From Escherichia coli (GTDB lineage: Bacteria; Pseudomonadota; Gammaproteobacteria; Enterobacterales; Enterobacteriaceae): 64,000 nucleotides of DNA. The first letter of the stretch is position 1, and each line of letters begins with the position of its first letter. This document shows positions 28,141-42,312 of the stretch, one piece after another. The stretch is taken from NCBI RefSeq assembly GCF_016026235.1, contig NZ_CP065613.1; one strand, given 5' to 3'. Made by a program: the position numbers and the translations under genes. The notes under the pieces are model-generated. The model saw nothing but the letters and a program-made list of their open reading frames with translations. It did no database searches and was not told where the DNA came from.

Positions 28141-28366
28141 TCGACGTACACTGGCGGATGTGGCATAAACGCCTCATCCGCCCTGGACAAATGGTACGAG
28201 CGGTAGGCCTGATAAGACGCGTTAAGCGTCGCATCAGGCATTCCTTCAGACTCCTCCGAATCCTTAAGTATTTCCAGCCATTCCCGCGCTTTTCATCTTC
28301 TGTCTGATAGCTGCTTTTCTCCTTCGCTTGCATGATTGGCATAACTGCAAAGAAGGAGGTGTTCCC

Positions 28367-28906
28367 GTGAATAAATCAATGTTGGCGGGTATCGGGATTG
28401 GTGTCGCAGCTGCGCTGGGCGTAGCGGCAGTGGCCAGTCTGAACGTGTTTGAACGGGGCCCGCAATACGCTCAGGTTGTTTCTGCAACCCCAATCAAGGA
28501 AACGGTTAAAACACCGCGTCAGGAGTGTCGCAACGTCACAGTGACCCATCGTCGACCGGTGCAGGATGAAAATCGCATTACCGGGTCGGTGCTCGGCGCT
28601 GTTGCTGGCGGCGTGATAGGGCATCAGTTTGGTGGTGGTCGTGGTAAAGATGTCGCCACTGTTGTGGGGGCGCTGGGTGGTGGATATGCCGGTAACCAGA
28701 TCCAGGGCTCTCTCCAGGAAAGCGATACTTACACGACTACGCAACAGCGTTGTAAAACGGTGTATGACAAGTCAGAAAAAATGCTCGGTTATGATGTGAC
28801 CTATAAGATTGGCGATCAGCAGGGCAAAATCCGCATGGACCGCGATCCGGGTACGCAGATCCCGCTAGATAGTAACGGGCAACTGATTTTGAATAACAAA
28901 GTATAA
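28367..28906 (+). CDS. ycfJ: Glycine-zipper (Rick_17kDa_Anti-like) protein YcfJ
   Basis: Start set at the GTG (VNKSMLAGIGIG) to give about 179 aa; Gly-rich transmembrane-like region. Confidence 0.75.
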   Translation: MNKSMLAGIGIGVAAALGVAAVASLNVFERGPQYAQVVSATPIKETVKTPRQECRNVTVTHRRPVQDENRITGSVLGAVAGGVIGHQFGGGRGKDVATVVGALGGGYAGNQIQGSLQESDTYTTTQQRCKTVYDKSEKMLGYDVTYKIGDQQGKIRMDRDPGTQIPLDSNGQLILNNKV

Positions 28907-28967
28907 CAAGGCTGTACTCTGCAATTTGGCCCCTCATTCGCTCAGGCTGAGGGGCTTTTTTTGCGAC

Positions 28968-29600
28968 TTATTTCACCAGTTCGGGCCATAAACGCAAAGT
29001 CGTTCCGGCAATCTGCATCAGTTTTTCCAGCGATGCACCTTCGCGTGCGCTGATCGACATCCCCTGAATAATACAATTAAGGAATTCTGCCAGATGTGTC
29101 ACGTCACAGTGGGTCGGGATTTCCCCGCGCGCTTGTCGTTGACATAAAAACTGCTGCAAAGTGCGCTCTTGCATCGCATGGCGTGATTTCAACGTATTGG
29201 CGATATCTCCTGAATCTGGGGAGAGGGTGGTGCAGTTGTTGATCATGAAGCAGCCTGCCGGGGTGTCTTTGCTGGTAAAGCAGTTGGCGATGGCAGCAAA
29301 ATAGTCAGCCAGCGCAGACTCCACGCTTTTCTCTTCACAAAACAGCTGTGCTTCATGCTTAGCGGCAAAACGATCGATATAGCGGTCGAGAACGGCACGA
29401 AATAACCCCTCTTTGTTGGTAAATTCCGCGTATAGCGTGGGCGCTTTGGCTCCGGTCGCTTCGACGAGGTCCGCAAGAGAAGTCGCTTCATAACCGTGTT
29501 GCCAGAACAATTTCATGGCCTTATCAAGCGCGGCATCCCTGTCGAACACTTTTGGGCGGCCACGGCTTTTTTTTACACATTGTGTTGAGTCAGTTGCCAT
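28968..29600 (-). CDS. comR: TetR-family transcriptional repressor ComR (YcfQ)
   Basis: TetR HTH (ATSLADLVEATGAKAPTLYAEF); start set at MATDSTQCVKK to give about 210 aa. Confidence 0.8.
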   Translation of the reverse strand: MATDSTQCVKKSRGRPKVFDRDAALDKAMKLFWQHGYEATSLADLVEATGAKAPTLYAEFTNKEGLFRAVLDRYIDRFAAKHEAQLFCEEKSVESALADYFAAIANCFTSKDTPAGCFMINNCTTLSPDSGDIANTLKSRHAMQERTLQQFLCQRQARGEIPTHCDVTHLAEFLNCIIQGMSISAREGASLEKLMQIAGTTLRLWPELVK

Positions 29601-29840
29601 GATGCCGTTGTACCTGGTGACTGTGAATGAAAGGTTATTATAAAAATAATCACCTCCGTTCACCAGTCCAGATCCCATAAAAATAATTGCTTTCTATTTA
29701 ACTGAAATATAAAGATTTTTAAATTAATTAATGATCGTTATAAAAAATATCTTGTATGTGATCCAGATCACATCTATCATTTAGTTATCGATCATTAAGT
29801 AATTTCTTGCGACGTCATTCATCTGCATAAGGCCACTATT

Positions 29841-30098
29841 ATGAAAAACGTAAAAACCCTCATCGCTGCGGCGATTTTAAGCTCCATGTCATTTGCCAGC
29901 TTTGCGGCTGTCGAAGTTCAGTCAACGCCAGAAGGCCAACAAAAAGTCGGTACAATCAGTGCTAACGCGGGGACAAATCTGGGATCGCTGGAAGAGCAGC
30001 TGGCGCAAAAAGCGGATGAGATGGGCGCAAAATCTTTCCGTATTACTTCTGTAACCGGTCCGAATACCCTCCATGGAACAGCAGTAATTTATAAATAA
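29841..30098 (+). CDS. bhsA: Multiple stress resistance protein BhsA (YcfR/ComC), YdgH/BhsA/McbA family
   Basis: 85-aa secreted protein with a signal peptide (MKNVKTLIAAAILSSMSFASFA), divergent from comR. Confidence 0.88.
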   Translation: MKNVKTLIAAAILSSMSFASFAAVEVQSTPEGQQKVGTISANAGTNLGSLEEQLAQKADEMGAKSFRITSVTGPNTLHGTAVIYK

Positions 30099-30136
30099 GC
30101 ATTAACCCTCATTAATGCCTGCTACTGCTGATTTTT

Positions 30137-30171
30137 TCCCCGCGACATGCCGTGTCGCGGGGATTTTTTTT
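30137..30171 (+). terminator. Intrinsic terminator after bhsA
   Basis: Perfect stem ccccgcgaca/tgtcgcgggg followed by attttttttt. Confidence 0.65.
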
Positions 30172-30180
30172 ATCCAGGAT

Positions 30181-31146
30181 TTACAGAGTTTGTGGGCTCA
30201 CTTGATGACGGCGGACATCCACCGGCATCCCGGAACGGACATCCATCACATGTTGCATCACTTCAGCGTCAGTTTGTGCTGCATCTTTAAATGATTGCAT
30301 TGCGCTATTCAGCGTAATTGGCAGCAGCTGCGGATCGTCATCAATCTTCTCTGACAGCGGCTGATGTACTTCAACCAGACGCGCACCGTTTGGTTCGGCA
30401 GAGACTTTTATCGGAGTGTTGATGATATTCACTTTGGTGCCTGGGGTGACCTGGCTAAAGAGTGTTTTGATATCGTCATCCCGCAGACGAATACAGCCAG
30501 AACTTACCCGCATGCCAATGCCGAAATCGGCGTTCGTACCGTGAAGCAAATAAACGCCGCCATAGGCCGCCAGACGAATCGCATGATGGCCCATTGGGTT
30601 ATCCGGTCCAGCCGGCACTACCGCAGGCAACTCAATTCCCTGTGCTTTATAACGGGCGCGGATGTTTGCCGTTGGCGTCCAGGTTGGGTTTGCACGTTTG
30701 TCTGAAACGGTGGTCACCATTGTCGGTGTCAGCGTGTCACCACCTAACTGACCAATACCTATTGGATACACGGTTACCGAATTTTTACCCGGCGGGTAGT
30801 AATAGAGACGCAGCTCCGCAATGTTGATCACAATGCCTTCGCGCGGCGCGTCTGGAAGTAGGGTTTGCAACGGGATCGTTAACACGCTGCCCGCGCGCGG
30901 TACGTAAGGATCAACGCTGGGGTTAGCCTGTAACAGAGCGAGAAAGCCGACGTTATATTTTTTGGCGATGGCTTCCAGAGAACCACCGTCATTTTCCACC
31001 ACATGAAATTTGTTTTCGCCAACCAGACGACTGCTCGCTGGCGGCAGCGGCCAGGTGTTGGCTTTTGCCGGTAGCGCCAGCGCCACGGCAGCGGCGAACG
31101 TAAAAAACGTTAGCCAGCGAGAAAAACGCGTTTTGATCATCACCAA
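30181..31146 (-). CDS. ldtC: L,D-transpeptidase LdtC (YcfS)
   Basis: Signal peptide, LysM-like region and YkuD catalytic domain with the HGT...SSGCIRL active-site motif; the exact start among the first three codons is uncertain. Confidence 0.85.
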   Translation of the reverse strand: MVMIKTRFSRWLTFFTFAAAVALALPAKANTWPLPPASSRLVGENKFHVVENDGGSLEAIAKKYNVGFLALLQANPSVDPYVPRAGSVLTIPLQTLLPDAPREGIVINIAELRLYYYPPGKNSVTVYPIGIGQLGGDTLTPTMVTTVSDKRANPTWTPTANIRARYKAQGIELPAVVPAGPDNPMGHHAIRLAAYGGVYLLHGTNADFGIGMRVSSGCIRLRDDDIKTLFSQVTPGTKVNIINTPIKVSAEPNGARLVEVHQPLSEKIDDDPQLLPITLNSAMQSFKDAAQTDAEVMQHVMDVRSGMPVDVRRHQVSPQTL

Positions 31147-31286
31147 AAATCCATAATAAATATAAGGTTATTGTAATAAACAGATAAGCCTGAATTATGG
31201 ATGGTGACAGTGTCGGATAGTGCAGGGAAGTGCAAAGAATTTGTAAATGTTGCAGATGGGGGCGCAGAAACGCCCCCGATTTACCA

Positions 31287-34200
31287 TTAAGCGATCGCGT
31301 TCTCTTCCAGTTCACGCATAAACTGGCGTACCCATTCGATACGCGTTTTCCGCTCACTCAAATCCTGAATAAATTTCAGGCGCGTCGGACCATCAAGGCG
31401 GTAATGCTGCGGCTGTTTTTGCAGCAAACCAATCAACCAGGCCGGATTAACGTGATTCTTCTCGGCAAATTCGATCACCCCGCCTTTCTCATTACCTTCC
31501 AGCTTCCTGATCCCCAGTTTCTGCGCTTGCTGGCGCAGACGGGCAATATCCAGCAGGGTACGCGCCGGATCTGGCAGCAGGCCGAAGCGATCGATAAGCT
31601 CGACTTTGATCTCTTCCAGTTCGTTTTCCGTTTTGGCGCTGGCAATACGTTTATAGAACGACAAACGCGTATTCACGTCAGGAATGAAATCATCTGGCAA
31701 TAGCGACGGCATCCGCAGCTCGACCTCTGTTTGCTGGCTGGTGAGATCTTCCAGCGACGGCTCGCGTCCGGCTTTCAGTGCATCGACGGCGTTTTCCAGC
31801 AACTCCATATACAGCGAGAAACCGATGGTTTCCATTGAGCCGCTTTGTTCTTCGCCAAGCAGTTCACCCGCGCCGCGAATCTCCAGATCGTGCGTTGCCA
31901 GCGCAAAACCTGCCCCGAGATCTTCCAGCGAGGCAATCGCTTCAAGACGTTTTTGCGCATCGGTAGTCATCGCTTTTGGATGCGGTGTCAGCAACCATGC
32001 ATATGCCTGATGATGCGAACGTCCGACGCGACCGCGTAACTGGTGCAGCTGCGCCAGACCGAAGTGATCCGCGCGTTCAATGATAATGGTGTTGGCTGTC
32101 GGGATGTCGATCCCGGTTTCGATAATGGTTGTACAAACCAGCACGTTGAAACGTTGATGATGGAAATCATTCATCACCCGTTCCAGTTCGCGCTCGCGCA
32201 TCTGCCCGTGACCGATGGCGATCCGCGCTTCTGGCACCAGTTCTGCCAGCCGTTCGGCGGCTTTCTGAATGTTTTCCACATCATTGTAGAGATAATAAAC
32301 CTGTCCTCCGCGCAAAATTTCACGCAGGATCGCCTCCCGGACCACCAGGCTGTCATACTCACGGACAAAGGTTTTAACTGCCAGACGACGGGCGGGCGGC
32401 GTGGCGATAATCGACAGGTCACGCATTCCGCTCATTGCCATATTCAGCGTACGTGGGATCGGCGTTGCAGTAAGCGTCAGAATATCCACGTTCGCGCGCA
32501 TCGCTTTAATACGCTCTTTATGACGCACCCCGAAGCGGTGTTCTTCATCGACAATCAGCAGGCCTAAATCTTTAAACTTGACGTCACTTTGCAGCAGTTT
32601 GTGCGTACCGATCAGAATATCGATTTTCCCTTCCGCCACTTCCGCAAGGATTTGCGTCTGCTCTTTGGCGCTGCGGAAACGGGAGATCATTTCGATACGT
32701 ACCGGCCAGTTGGCGAAACGGTCGCGGAAGTTGTCGTAATGCTGCTGCGCGAGAAGGGTGGTAGGCACCAACACCGCCACCTGCTTGTGGTTATCTACTG
32801 CCAGGAAAGCGGCGCGCATCGCCACTTCTGTTTTACCAAAGCCAACATCGCCGCACACCAGACGATCCATTGCCAGCGGCTGACACATGTCGCTAAGTAC
32901 CGCATTAATGGCCTGCGCCTGATCCGGCGTGGTTTCAAACGGGAAGCTGTCGCAGAACAACTGATACTGCTCACGATCGTGTTTAAACGCGAAGCCCTCT
33001 TTGGCGGCGCGTTGCGCGTAGATATCCAGCAATTCCGCCGCCACATCACGCACTTTTTCCGCCGCTTTCTGCCGCGCGCGTGACCACGCATCGCCGCCAA
33101 GTTTATGCAGCGGGGCGTTTTCTTCCGCGCCACCTGCGTAACGGCTAATCAGATGCAGTGACGACACCGGAACATACAGTTTGGCGTCGTTGGCATAGGT
33201 GAGCATCAAATACTCGCCAGTAATGCCGCCCGCTTCGAGCGTGGTCATTCCGGCATAGCGCCCGACACCGTGCTCCAGATGGACCACCGGCTGACCAATA
33301 TGCAGCTCCGCAAGGTTACGGATCAGTGTATCGGGGTTGATGGTGCGGCGAGAATCCTGACGACGGCGGGCAACACGTTCACCGAGCAGATCGCTTTCGC
33401 AGATCAGCGCCAGATTACGCACCTTATCGACAAAACCATGTTCGGCAGCGCCAATCATCAGATAACGCCCACGGTCGCTGGCTTCATCAAGACGCATAAT
33501 GCGTTGCGGAGCAATTTTAATTCGTGCGAGCAGTTCACCCAGCGCTTCACGGCGACCTTCACTTTCTACCGAGAACACCACCGGACCGTCGAAAGTCTCG
33601 AGGAACTTACGCAGCGCATCCAGCGGCGCTTTTTGTTGTGCCTGAACGGCCAGGTCTGGCAGTTTCTGGAAACCTAAATTGGCATTCGCGGCTTTTGTCG
33701 GTAAATGTTCAGTTTTTAGCTGCACCCGGGGCCAGTTTTTCAGCTCTGAGAAGAGCTCGTCCACCCGCAGCCAGAGCGATTGTGGTGGCAACAGCGGGCG
33801 CATCGGATCGACGCCGCGATTCTCAAAACGCGCCAGCGTGTCAGCCTGGAAACGTTCGGCACTGGTTTCCAGATCGCCAGTATTCACGAGCAAGGTATTG
33901 GCAGGGAAATAACTGAACAGCGGCGGCAGTGGTTCGCTGAAGAACAATGGCTGCCAGTACTCGATCCCGGCAGGTAATGTGCCTTTACTCACTTGCTGGT
34001 AAATATGTTCCGGATCGCGCTTCACTTCGAAGGTATCGCGCCACTGGCTGCGGAACAGTTCAATTGCCGCTTTATCGGTCGGAAATTCGTGCGCGGGCAG
34101 CAGATTGATCGCTTCTACTTCCTCCAGCGTGCGCTGGCTGTCGACGTCAAACACCCGCAGGCTGTCGATTTCATCATCAAAGAAATCAAGACGATAAGGC

Positions 34201-34733
34201 AGCTCACTCCCCATCGGGAAGAGATCCAGCAACGCGCCGCGCGTGGCGTATTCGCCGTGCTCCATCACCTGGTCAACATGGCGATAACCGGCGCTGTCCA
34301 GTTGGGTTCGTAATGCATCTCGTGACAGGCGCTGACCTTTTTTCATCACCAGCGCATGACCGTGGAGAAAACTGTGTGGGCAAACGCGCTGCATAAGCGT
34401 ATTCACCGGAACAATCAGTACGCCACGCTGCATCGTCGGTAGCTGGTAAAGGGTGGAAAGGCGCGAGGAGATAATGTCCTGATGAGGCGAAAAACTGTCG
34501 TAGGGAAGAGTTTCCCAGTCCGCCAGATTCATCACCATCTGATCGGTGAACTGGCTGATTTCATCATGCAAACGCAGAGCATTTTGCATATCTGGTGCAA
34601 TGAGTACCACCGGACCGGCGTGACGTTCGGCAATTTCCGCTACCAGCGTTGCACAGGCTGCGCCGGTTAACTCGCCCAGCAGACGCTGCTCACCCGCTTT
34701 GACGGGCAGCGTATAACGATATTGTTCAGGCAT
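31287..34733 (-). CDS. mfd: Transcription-repair coupling factor Mfd
   Basis: Superfamily 2 helicase motifs (GDVGFGKTEVA, DEEHRFG); start set at MPEQYRYTLPVKAGEQR to give about 1148 aa. Confidence 0.93.
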   Translation of the reverse strand: MPEQYRYTLPVKAGEQRLLGELTGAACATLVAEIAERHAGPVVLIAPDMQNALRLHDEISQFTDQMVMNLADWETLPYDSFSPHQDIISSRLSTLYQLPTMQRGVLIVPVNTLMQRVCPHSFLHGHALVMKKGQRLSRDALRTQLDSAGYRHVDQVMEHGEYATRGALLDLFPMGSELPYRLDFFDDEIDSLRVFDVDSQRTLEEVEAINLLPAHEFPTDKAAIELFRSQWRDTFEVKRDPEHIYQQVSKGTLPAGIEYWQPLFFSEPLPPLFSYFPANTLLVNTGDLETSAERFQADTLARFENRGVDPMRPLLPPQSLWLRVDELFSELKNWPRVQLKTEHLPTKAANANLGFQKLPDLAVQAQQKAPLDALRKFLETFDGPVVFSVESEGRREALGELLARIKIAPQRIMRLDEASDRGRYLMIGAAEHGFVDKVRNLALICESDLLGERVARRRQDSRRTINPDTLIRNLAELHIGQPVVHLEHGVGRYAGMTTLEAGGITGEYLMLTYANDAKLYVPVSSLHLISRYAGGAEENAPLHKLGGDAWSRARQKAAEKVRDVAAELLDIYAQRAAKEGFAFKHDREQYQLFCDSFPFETTPDQAQAINAVLSDMCQPLAMDRLVCGDVGFGKTEVAMRAAFLAVDNHKQVAVLVPTTLLAQQHYDNFRDRFANWPVRIEMISRFRSAKEQTQILAEVAEGKIDILIGTHKLLQSDVKFKDLGLLIVDEEHRFGVRHKERIKAMRANVDILTLTATPIPRTLNMAMSGMRDLSIIATPPARRLAVKTFVREYDSLVVREAILREILRGGQVYYLYNDVENIQKAAERLAELVPEARIAIGHGQMRERELERVMNDFHHQRFNVLVCTTIIETGIDIPTANTIIIERADHFGLAQLHQLRGRVGRSHHQAYAWLLTPHPKAMTTDAQKRLEAIASLEDLGAGFALATHDLEIRGAGELLGEEQSGSMETIGFSLYMELLENAVDALKAGREPSLEDLTSQQTEVELRMPSLLPDDFIPDVNTRLSFYKRIASAKTENELEEIKVELIDRFGLLPDPARTLLDIARLRQQAQKLGIRKLEGNEKGGVIEFAEKNHVNPAWLIGLLQKQPQHYRLDGPTRLKFIQDLSERKTRIEWVRQFMRELEENAIA

Positions 34734-34860
34734 AACGGTTGTCAGATTCTCGTTAGGATATGCCTCAACATATGGGGGCATATCTCTGATAAGCAATGCT
34801 GTTCATTATCCGTAATCGACATGGTTTAGCAAATTGAATCGCCCCGGCTGGGGCGATGGT

Positions 34861-35934
34861 TTAACGAGAGTAACTGACGGCAGCGGGCAGTGAAGGCGGG
34901 GAGAACAACAGATCGCTGAATGCACGCTGTGAAAGTTTTCTTACCAGCAAGCCCGCAACAGTACAGATGAACAAACTGACAAAGGGATAAACCAGCAGGA
35001 GTGTCAGTTCGACTTGCGGCGACCAGCGTGCTGCGTTCATTTGCGCAAGCAGAGTTAAGCTGAATATTTCAACCAGAATGCGATGGGTGGTGTAGATAGC
35101 AATGGTGTTGGAGCCAATCACATTCAGCAGGCTGGTGGAGCGCATACCGAATCGTTGCTCGTATTGATAAAACAGCTTCATGATCACCACAATCGATACC
35201 AGCGACAACAGCAGCGAGATAGTAAACAACCAGGCACCGACCGCCAGAACGGTAAGCAAAGAAGCCATCAGCAGATGGCGGCGCAACGGCACCTCTTTAA
35301 CACAGGTCATTATTGTTGCGCCAAACCATGCGCCAAGGCTGTAATAAAGCAAATTGCGGATCACACTGTTCATTCCCCACCACGGCGTGGGAACGAAATT
35401 AACCGCCACACTCAGCAGTACAAACAAGGCGAATAGTGGCAGCGCCAGACGGCTAAAAATTTTACATACCACGAAATAGACAATTAACGCATACAGATAC
35501 CACAAGCTGGTGCTGGCGGTGATCATCCCGTGCAGGAACTCACCGGTGGAATCGGCATAAGCGGCATTGGAGGCATTGCTTAAATCGCGCTCAGGTGCCA
35601 GCCACTGGTTCAGCGCACTTAACGCCAGCCACTGCACCACGCCCCAAAGCGCCAGCACCCAGAAGATGTTCCAGATCCGTTTATCGAGACAATTTCCCCA
35701 CGGTACGCTGTCGATATAGCGGCGAATCAAATAGCCGGATATAAAGAAAAAAACCGGCATACGAAAGGGGGCAAGGTAAAGATTGAAATAGATCCAGCAT
35801 TTGCTCAGGACTTCCGATAACGGATGCTGAAAAGTGGTCAGATGCGGATAAAAGGTAATGACCGAGTGATAAATCACCACCAGACAAATACATAACCCTT
35901 TGATCTGGTTAATCCATAGCTCTTTTTGTTTCAT
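34861..35934 (-). CDS. ycfT: Acyltransferase-3 family inner-membrane protein YcfT
   Basis: 357-aa polytopic membrane ORF in the conserved position between mfd and lolC. Confidence 0.8.
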   Translation of the reverse strand: MKQKELWINQIKGLCICLVVIYHSVITFYPHLTTFQHPLSEVLSKCWIYFNLYLAPFRMPVFFFISGYLIRRYIDSVPWGNCLDKRIWNIFWVLALWGVVQWLALSALNQWLAPERDLSNASNAAYADSTGEFLHGMITASTSLWYLYALIVYFVVCKIFSRLALPLFALFVLLSVAVNFVPTPWWGMNSVIRNLLYYSLGAWFGATIMTCVKEVPLRRHLLMASLLTVLAVGAWLFTISLLLSLVSIVVIMKLFYQYEQRFGMRSTSLLNVIGSNTIAIYTTHRILVEIFSLTLLAQMNAARWSPQVELTLLLVYPFVSLFICTVAGLLVRKLSQRAFSDLLFSPPSLPAAVSYSR

Positions 35935-36084
35935 CAGGACAACACGCTCTTTTTTAATTTACATGCGGTTGATCCTGCGGGTTATGACCCGAGGTGTAAT
36001 GGGTATCTGTCTGTATTGGATGATTTTTCAGATTAAGATCAGGCGGCAAGATTGATGATAAAACATGGCAATTTAGCCGATTGA

Positions 36085-39333
<3,249 letters not shown>

Positions 39334-39361
39334 AGGCAGTACATTAAAACAAGGAGCGGCA

Positions 39362-40273
39362 ATGTATTACGGGTTTGATATTGGTGGAACAAAAATTGCG
39401 CTTGGCGTGTTTGATAGCGGTCGGCAGTTGCAGTGGGAAAAGCGGGTGCCGACACCGCGTGACAGCTATGACGCATTTTTAGATGCAGTATGCGAGCTGG
39501 TAGCCGAAGCTGACCAACGTTTTGGCTGTAAAGGTTCTGTTGGCATCGGTATTCCGGGAATGCCGGAAACAGAAGATGGTACGCTGTATGCCGCCAATGT
39601 CCCCGCTGCCAGCGGTAAACCGCTGCGTGCCGACCTGAGCGCACGTCTTGATCGCGATGTACGCCTTGATAACGATGCCAACTGTTTTGCCCTTTCAGAA
39701 GCCTGGGATGATGAATTTACGCAATATCCACTGGTGATGGGGTTAATTCTCGGCACCGGCGTTGGCGGCGGGCTGATTTTCAACGGTAAACCGATTACCG
39801 GTAAAAGCTACATTACCGGCGAGTTTGGCCATATGCGTCTGCCGGTTGATGCGTTAACCATGATGGGGCTGGATTTCCCGTTACGCCGCTGCGGCTGTGG
39901 TCAAATTGGTTGTATCGAAAATTATCTATCAGGTCGGGGCTTTGCGTGGCTCTGGCAACACTATTATCATCAACCGTTGCAGGCTCCCGAAATTATTGCG
40001 CTTTATGATCAAGGCGATGAGCAGGCAAGGGCGCACGTTGAGCGTTATCTGGATTTATTAGCGGTTTGTCTGGGAAATATCCTGACCATCGTTGACTCTG
40101 ACCTGGTCGTCATTGGTGGTGGCTTATCGAATTTCCCGGCAATCACAACGCAACTGGCGGACAGGCTGCCTCGTCATCTCTTACCTGTAGCTCGTGTTCC
40201 GCGCATTGAACGCGCGCGCCACGGTGATGCGGGAGGAATGCGTGGTGCGGCCTTCCTACATCTAACCGATTAA
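39362..40273 (+). CDS. nagK: N-acetyl-D-glucosamine kinase NagK
   Basis: ROK-family kinase; start set at [18 protein letters not shown] to give about 303 aa. Confidence 0.88.
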   Translation: MYYGFDIGGTKIALGVFDSGRQLQWEKRVPTPRDSYDAFLDAVCELVAEADQRFGCKGSVGIGIPGMPETEDGTLYAANVPAASGKPLRADLSARLDRDVRLDNDANCFALSEAWDDEFTQYPLVMGLILGTGVGGGLIFNGKPITGKSYITGEFGHMRLPVDALTMMGLDFPLRRCGCGQIGCIENYLSGRGFAWLWQHYYHQPLQAPEIIALYDQGDEQARAHVERYLDLLAVCLGNILTIVDSDLVVIGGGLSNFPAITTQLADRLPRHLLPVARVPRIERARHGDAGGMRGAAFLHLTD

Positions 40274-40288
40274 ACAACAGAGGTTGCT

Positions 40289-41110
40289 ATGCTGTCGCGT
40301 CGGGGTCATCGGTTAAGTCGTTTTCGTAAAAATAAACGCCGCCTGCGCGAGCGTTTGCGTCAGCGTATTTTTTTCAGAGATAAAGTGGTGCCGGAAGCAA
40401 TGGAAAAACCAAGAGTACTCGTACTGACAGGGGCAGGAATTTCTGCGGAATCAGGTATTCGTACCTTTCGCGCCGCAGATGGCCTGTGGGAAGAACATCG
40501 GGTTGAAGATGTGGCAACGCCGGAAGGTTTCGATCGCGATCCTGAACTGGTGCAAGCGTTTTATAACGCCCGTCGTCGACAGCTGCAGCAGCCAGAAATT
40601 CAGCCTAACGCCGCGCATCTTGCGCTGGCTAAACTGCAAGACGCCCTCGGCGATCGCTTTTTGCTGGTAACGCAGAATATAGACAACCTGCATGAACGCG
40701 CAGGTAATACCAATGTCATTCATATGCATGGGGAATTGCTGAAAGTTCGTTGTTCGCAAAGTGGTCAGGTTCTCGACTGGACCGGAGACGTTACGCCAGA
40801 AGATAAATGCCATTGTTGCCAGTTCCCGGCACCCTTGCGCCCGCACGTCGTTTGGTTTGGCGAAATGCCACTCGGCATGGATGAAATTTATATGGCGTTG
40901 TCGATGGCTGATATTTTCATTGCCATTGGTACTTCCGGGCATGTTTATCCGGCGGCTGGGTTTGTTCACGAAGCGAAACTGCATGGCGCGCACACCGTGG
41001 AACTGAATCTCGAACCAAGTCAGGTCGGTAATGAATTTGCCGAGAAATATTACGGCCCGGCAAGCCAGGTGGTGCCTGAGTTTGTTGAAAAGTTGCTGAA
41101 GGGATTATAA
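40289..41110 (+). CDS. cobB: NAD-dependent protein deacylase CobB (sirtuin)
   Basis: Sirtuin motifs [10 protein letters not shown] and TQNIDNLHE plus a zinc-ribbon Cys pair; 273-aa long form with an Arg-rich N-terminal extension. Confidence 0.9.
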   Translation: MLSRRGHRLSRFRKNKRRLRERLRQRIFFRDKVVPEAMEKPRVLVLTGAGISAESGIRTFRAADGLWEEHRVEDVATPEGFDRDPELVQAFYNARRRQLQQPEIQPNAAHLALAKLQDALGDRFLLVTQNIDNLHERAGNTNVIHMHGELLKVRCSQSGQVLDWTGDVTPEDKCHCCQFPAPLRPHVVWFGEMPLGMDEIYMALSMADIFIAIGTSGHVYPAAGFVHEAKLHGAHTVELNLEPSQVGNEFAEKYYGPASQVVPEFVEKLLKGL

Positions 41111-41114
41111 AGCA

Positions 41115-41165
41115 GGAAGCATTGCCTGATGCGCTACGCTTATCAGGTCTACAAGCGGACCACAA
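41115..41165. repeat. REP-like palindromic unit
   Basis: gcctgatgcgctacgcttatcaggtctac type palindrome between convergent cobB and potD. Confidence 0.5.
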
Positions 41166-41265
41166 TACCGACGAAAGAGCGGGATAAAACTTTACTGTCC
41201 TGACTCATTAGCCACATCCTTGCTAACTAAAAAACGGGCGGTAATACCACCGCCCGTTTGCTGAA

Positions 41266-42312
41266 TTAACGTCCTGCTTTCAGCTTCTGATAATACTCTT
41301 CATAAATGCTACTGGCTGCGCCAACGTCATTTTGCCATTCACCATTTTTAATGGTTTCAGCATCCGGGTAGAGCGTTTTATCGTTCGCCACTTCTGGGCT
41401 TAACAGCTTACGCGCCGCAAGGTTTGGCGTTGGATAACCGATAGTTTCGGCAACCTGTTTTGCCACATCCGGGCGCAGCAGGAAGTTGATCAATTTCAGC
41501 GCGCCTTCTTTGTTTTTGGCATTTGCCGGGATCGCCAGGCTGTCCATCCAGAATATGCCGCCTTCTTTCGGCCACACCACGTCAATAGGCGTACCCGCCT
41601 GGCGTGCAACGAAAGCAGAACCGTTCCAGATCATGCCGAGGTTAACTTCGCCTTCCATGTACGGGTTAGCCGGGTTATCGGAGTTAAACGCTGCGACGTT
41701 TGGCATCAGTTTTTTCAGCTCGTTATATGCAGCTTCAATCTCTTTCGGATCGGTGGTGTTACCGGAGTAGCCCAGCTTACGCAGCGCCATCTGGAACACT
41801 TCACGGGCATCGTCGGTCAACAGCAGGCTGCCTTTGTACTCTGGCTTCCACAGATCGGCCCAGCTGGTGACAGATTTTGGATCCACCGCATCACCGTTAA
41901 CACCAATCGCCGTCGCACCCCAGATATACGGAATGGAGTAATCGTTATTCGGGTCAAACGGCTTATTGAGCATGTCTGGATCGAGATTGCTGAAGTTCGT
42001 TAACTTCGACTTGTCGATCTTCTGGATCATCCCTTCTTTACGCATTTTATCGACGTAATAGGTTGAAGGAACCACCAGGTCATAGGCACCGTCTTTGTAC
42101 GTTTTCAGCTTGGCATACATGGTTTCGTTCGACTCGTAAGTCGAATAGATAACCTTAATACCGGTTTCTTTGGTGAACTGTTCAAGCAGTCCTGGCGGCA
42201 CGTACTCGGTCCAGTTGTAGAAATACAGCGTGTTGTTGTCATCGGCGTGAGCGGCGCTCATGCCCAGTGCCAGAGCACCCGCCGCGAGCAGGTGGCGTGA
42301 CCATTTTTTCAT
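41266..42312 (-). CDS. potD: Spermidine/putrescine periplasmic binding protein PotD
   Basis: 348-aa ORF with a signal peptide (MKKWSRHLLAAGALALGMSAAHA). Confidence 0.93.
   Translation of the reverse strand: MKKWSRHLLAAGALALGMSAAHADDNNTLYFYNWTEYVPPGLLEQFTKETGIKVIYSTYESNETMYAKLKTYKDGAYDLVVPSTYYVDKMRKEGMIQKIDKSKLTNFSNLDPDMLNKPFDPNNDYSIPYIWGATAIGVNGDAVDPKSVTSWADLWKPEYKGSLLLTDDAREVFQMALRKLGYSGNTTDPKEIEAAYNELKKLMPNVAAFNSDNPANPYMEGEVNLGMIWNGSAFVARQAGTPIDVVWPKEGGIFWMDSLAIPANAKNKEGALKLINFLLRPDVAKQVAETIGYPTPNLAARKLLSPEVANDKTLYPDAETIKNGEWQNDVGAASSIYEEYYQKLKAGR

Noticed and set aside
31684-33916. Multiple plus-strand ORFs of 60-174 aa inside mfd
   Set aside because: All are embedded in the 1148-codon mfd gene on the opposite strand; none has a Shine-Dalgarno sequence or a conserved motif.
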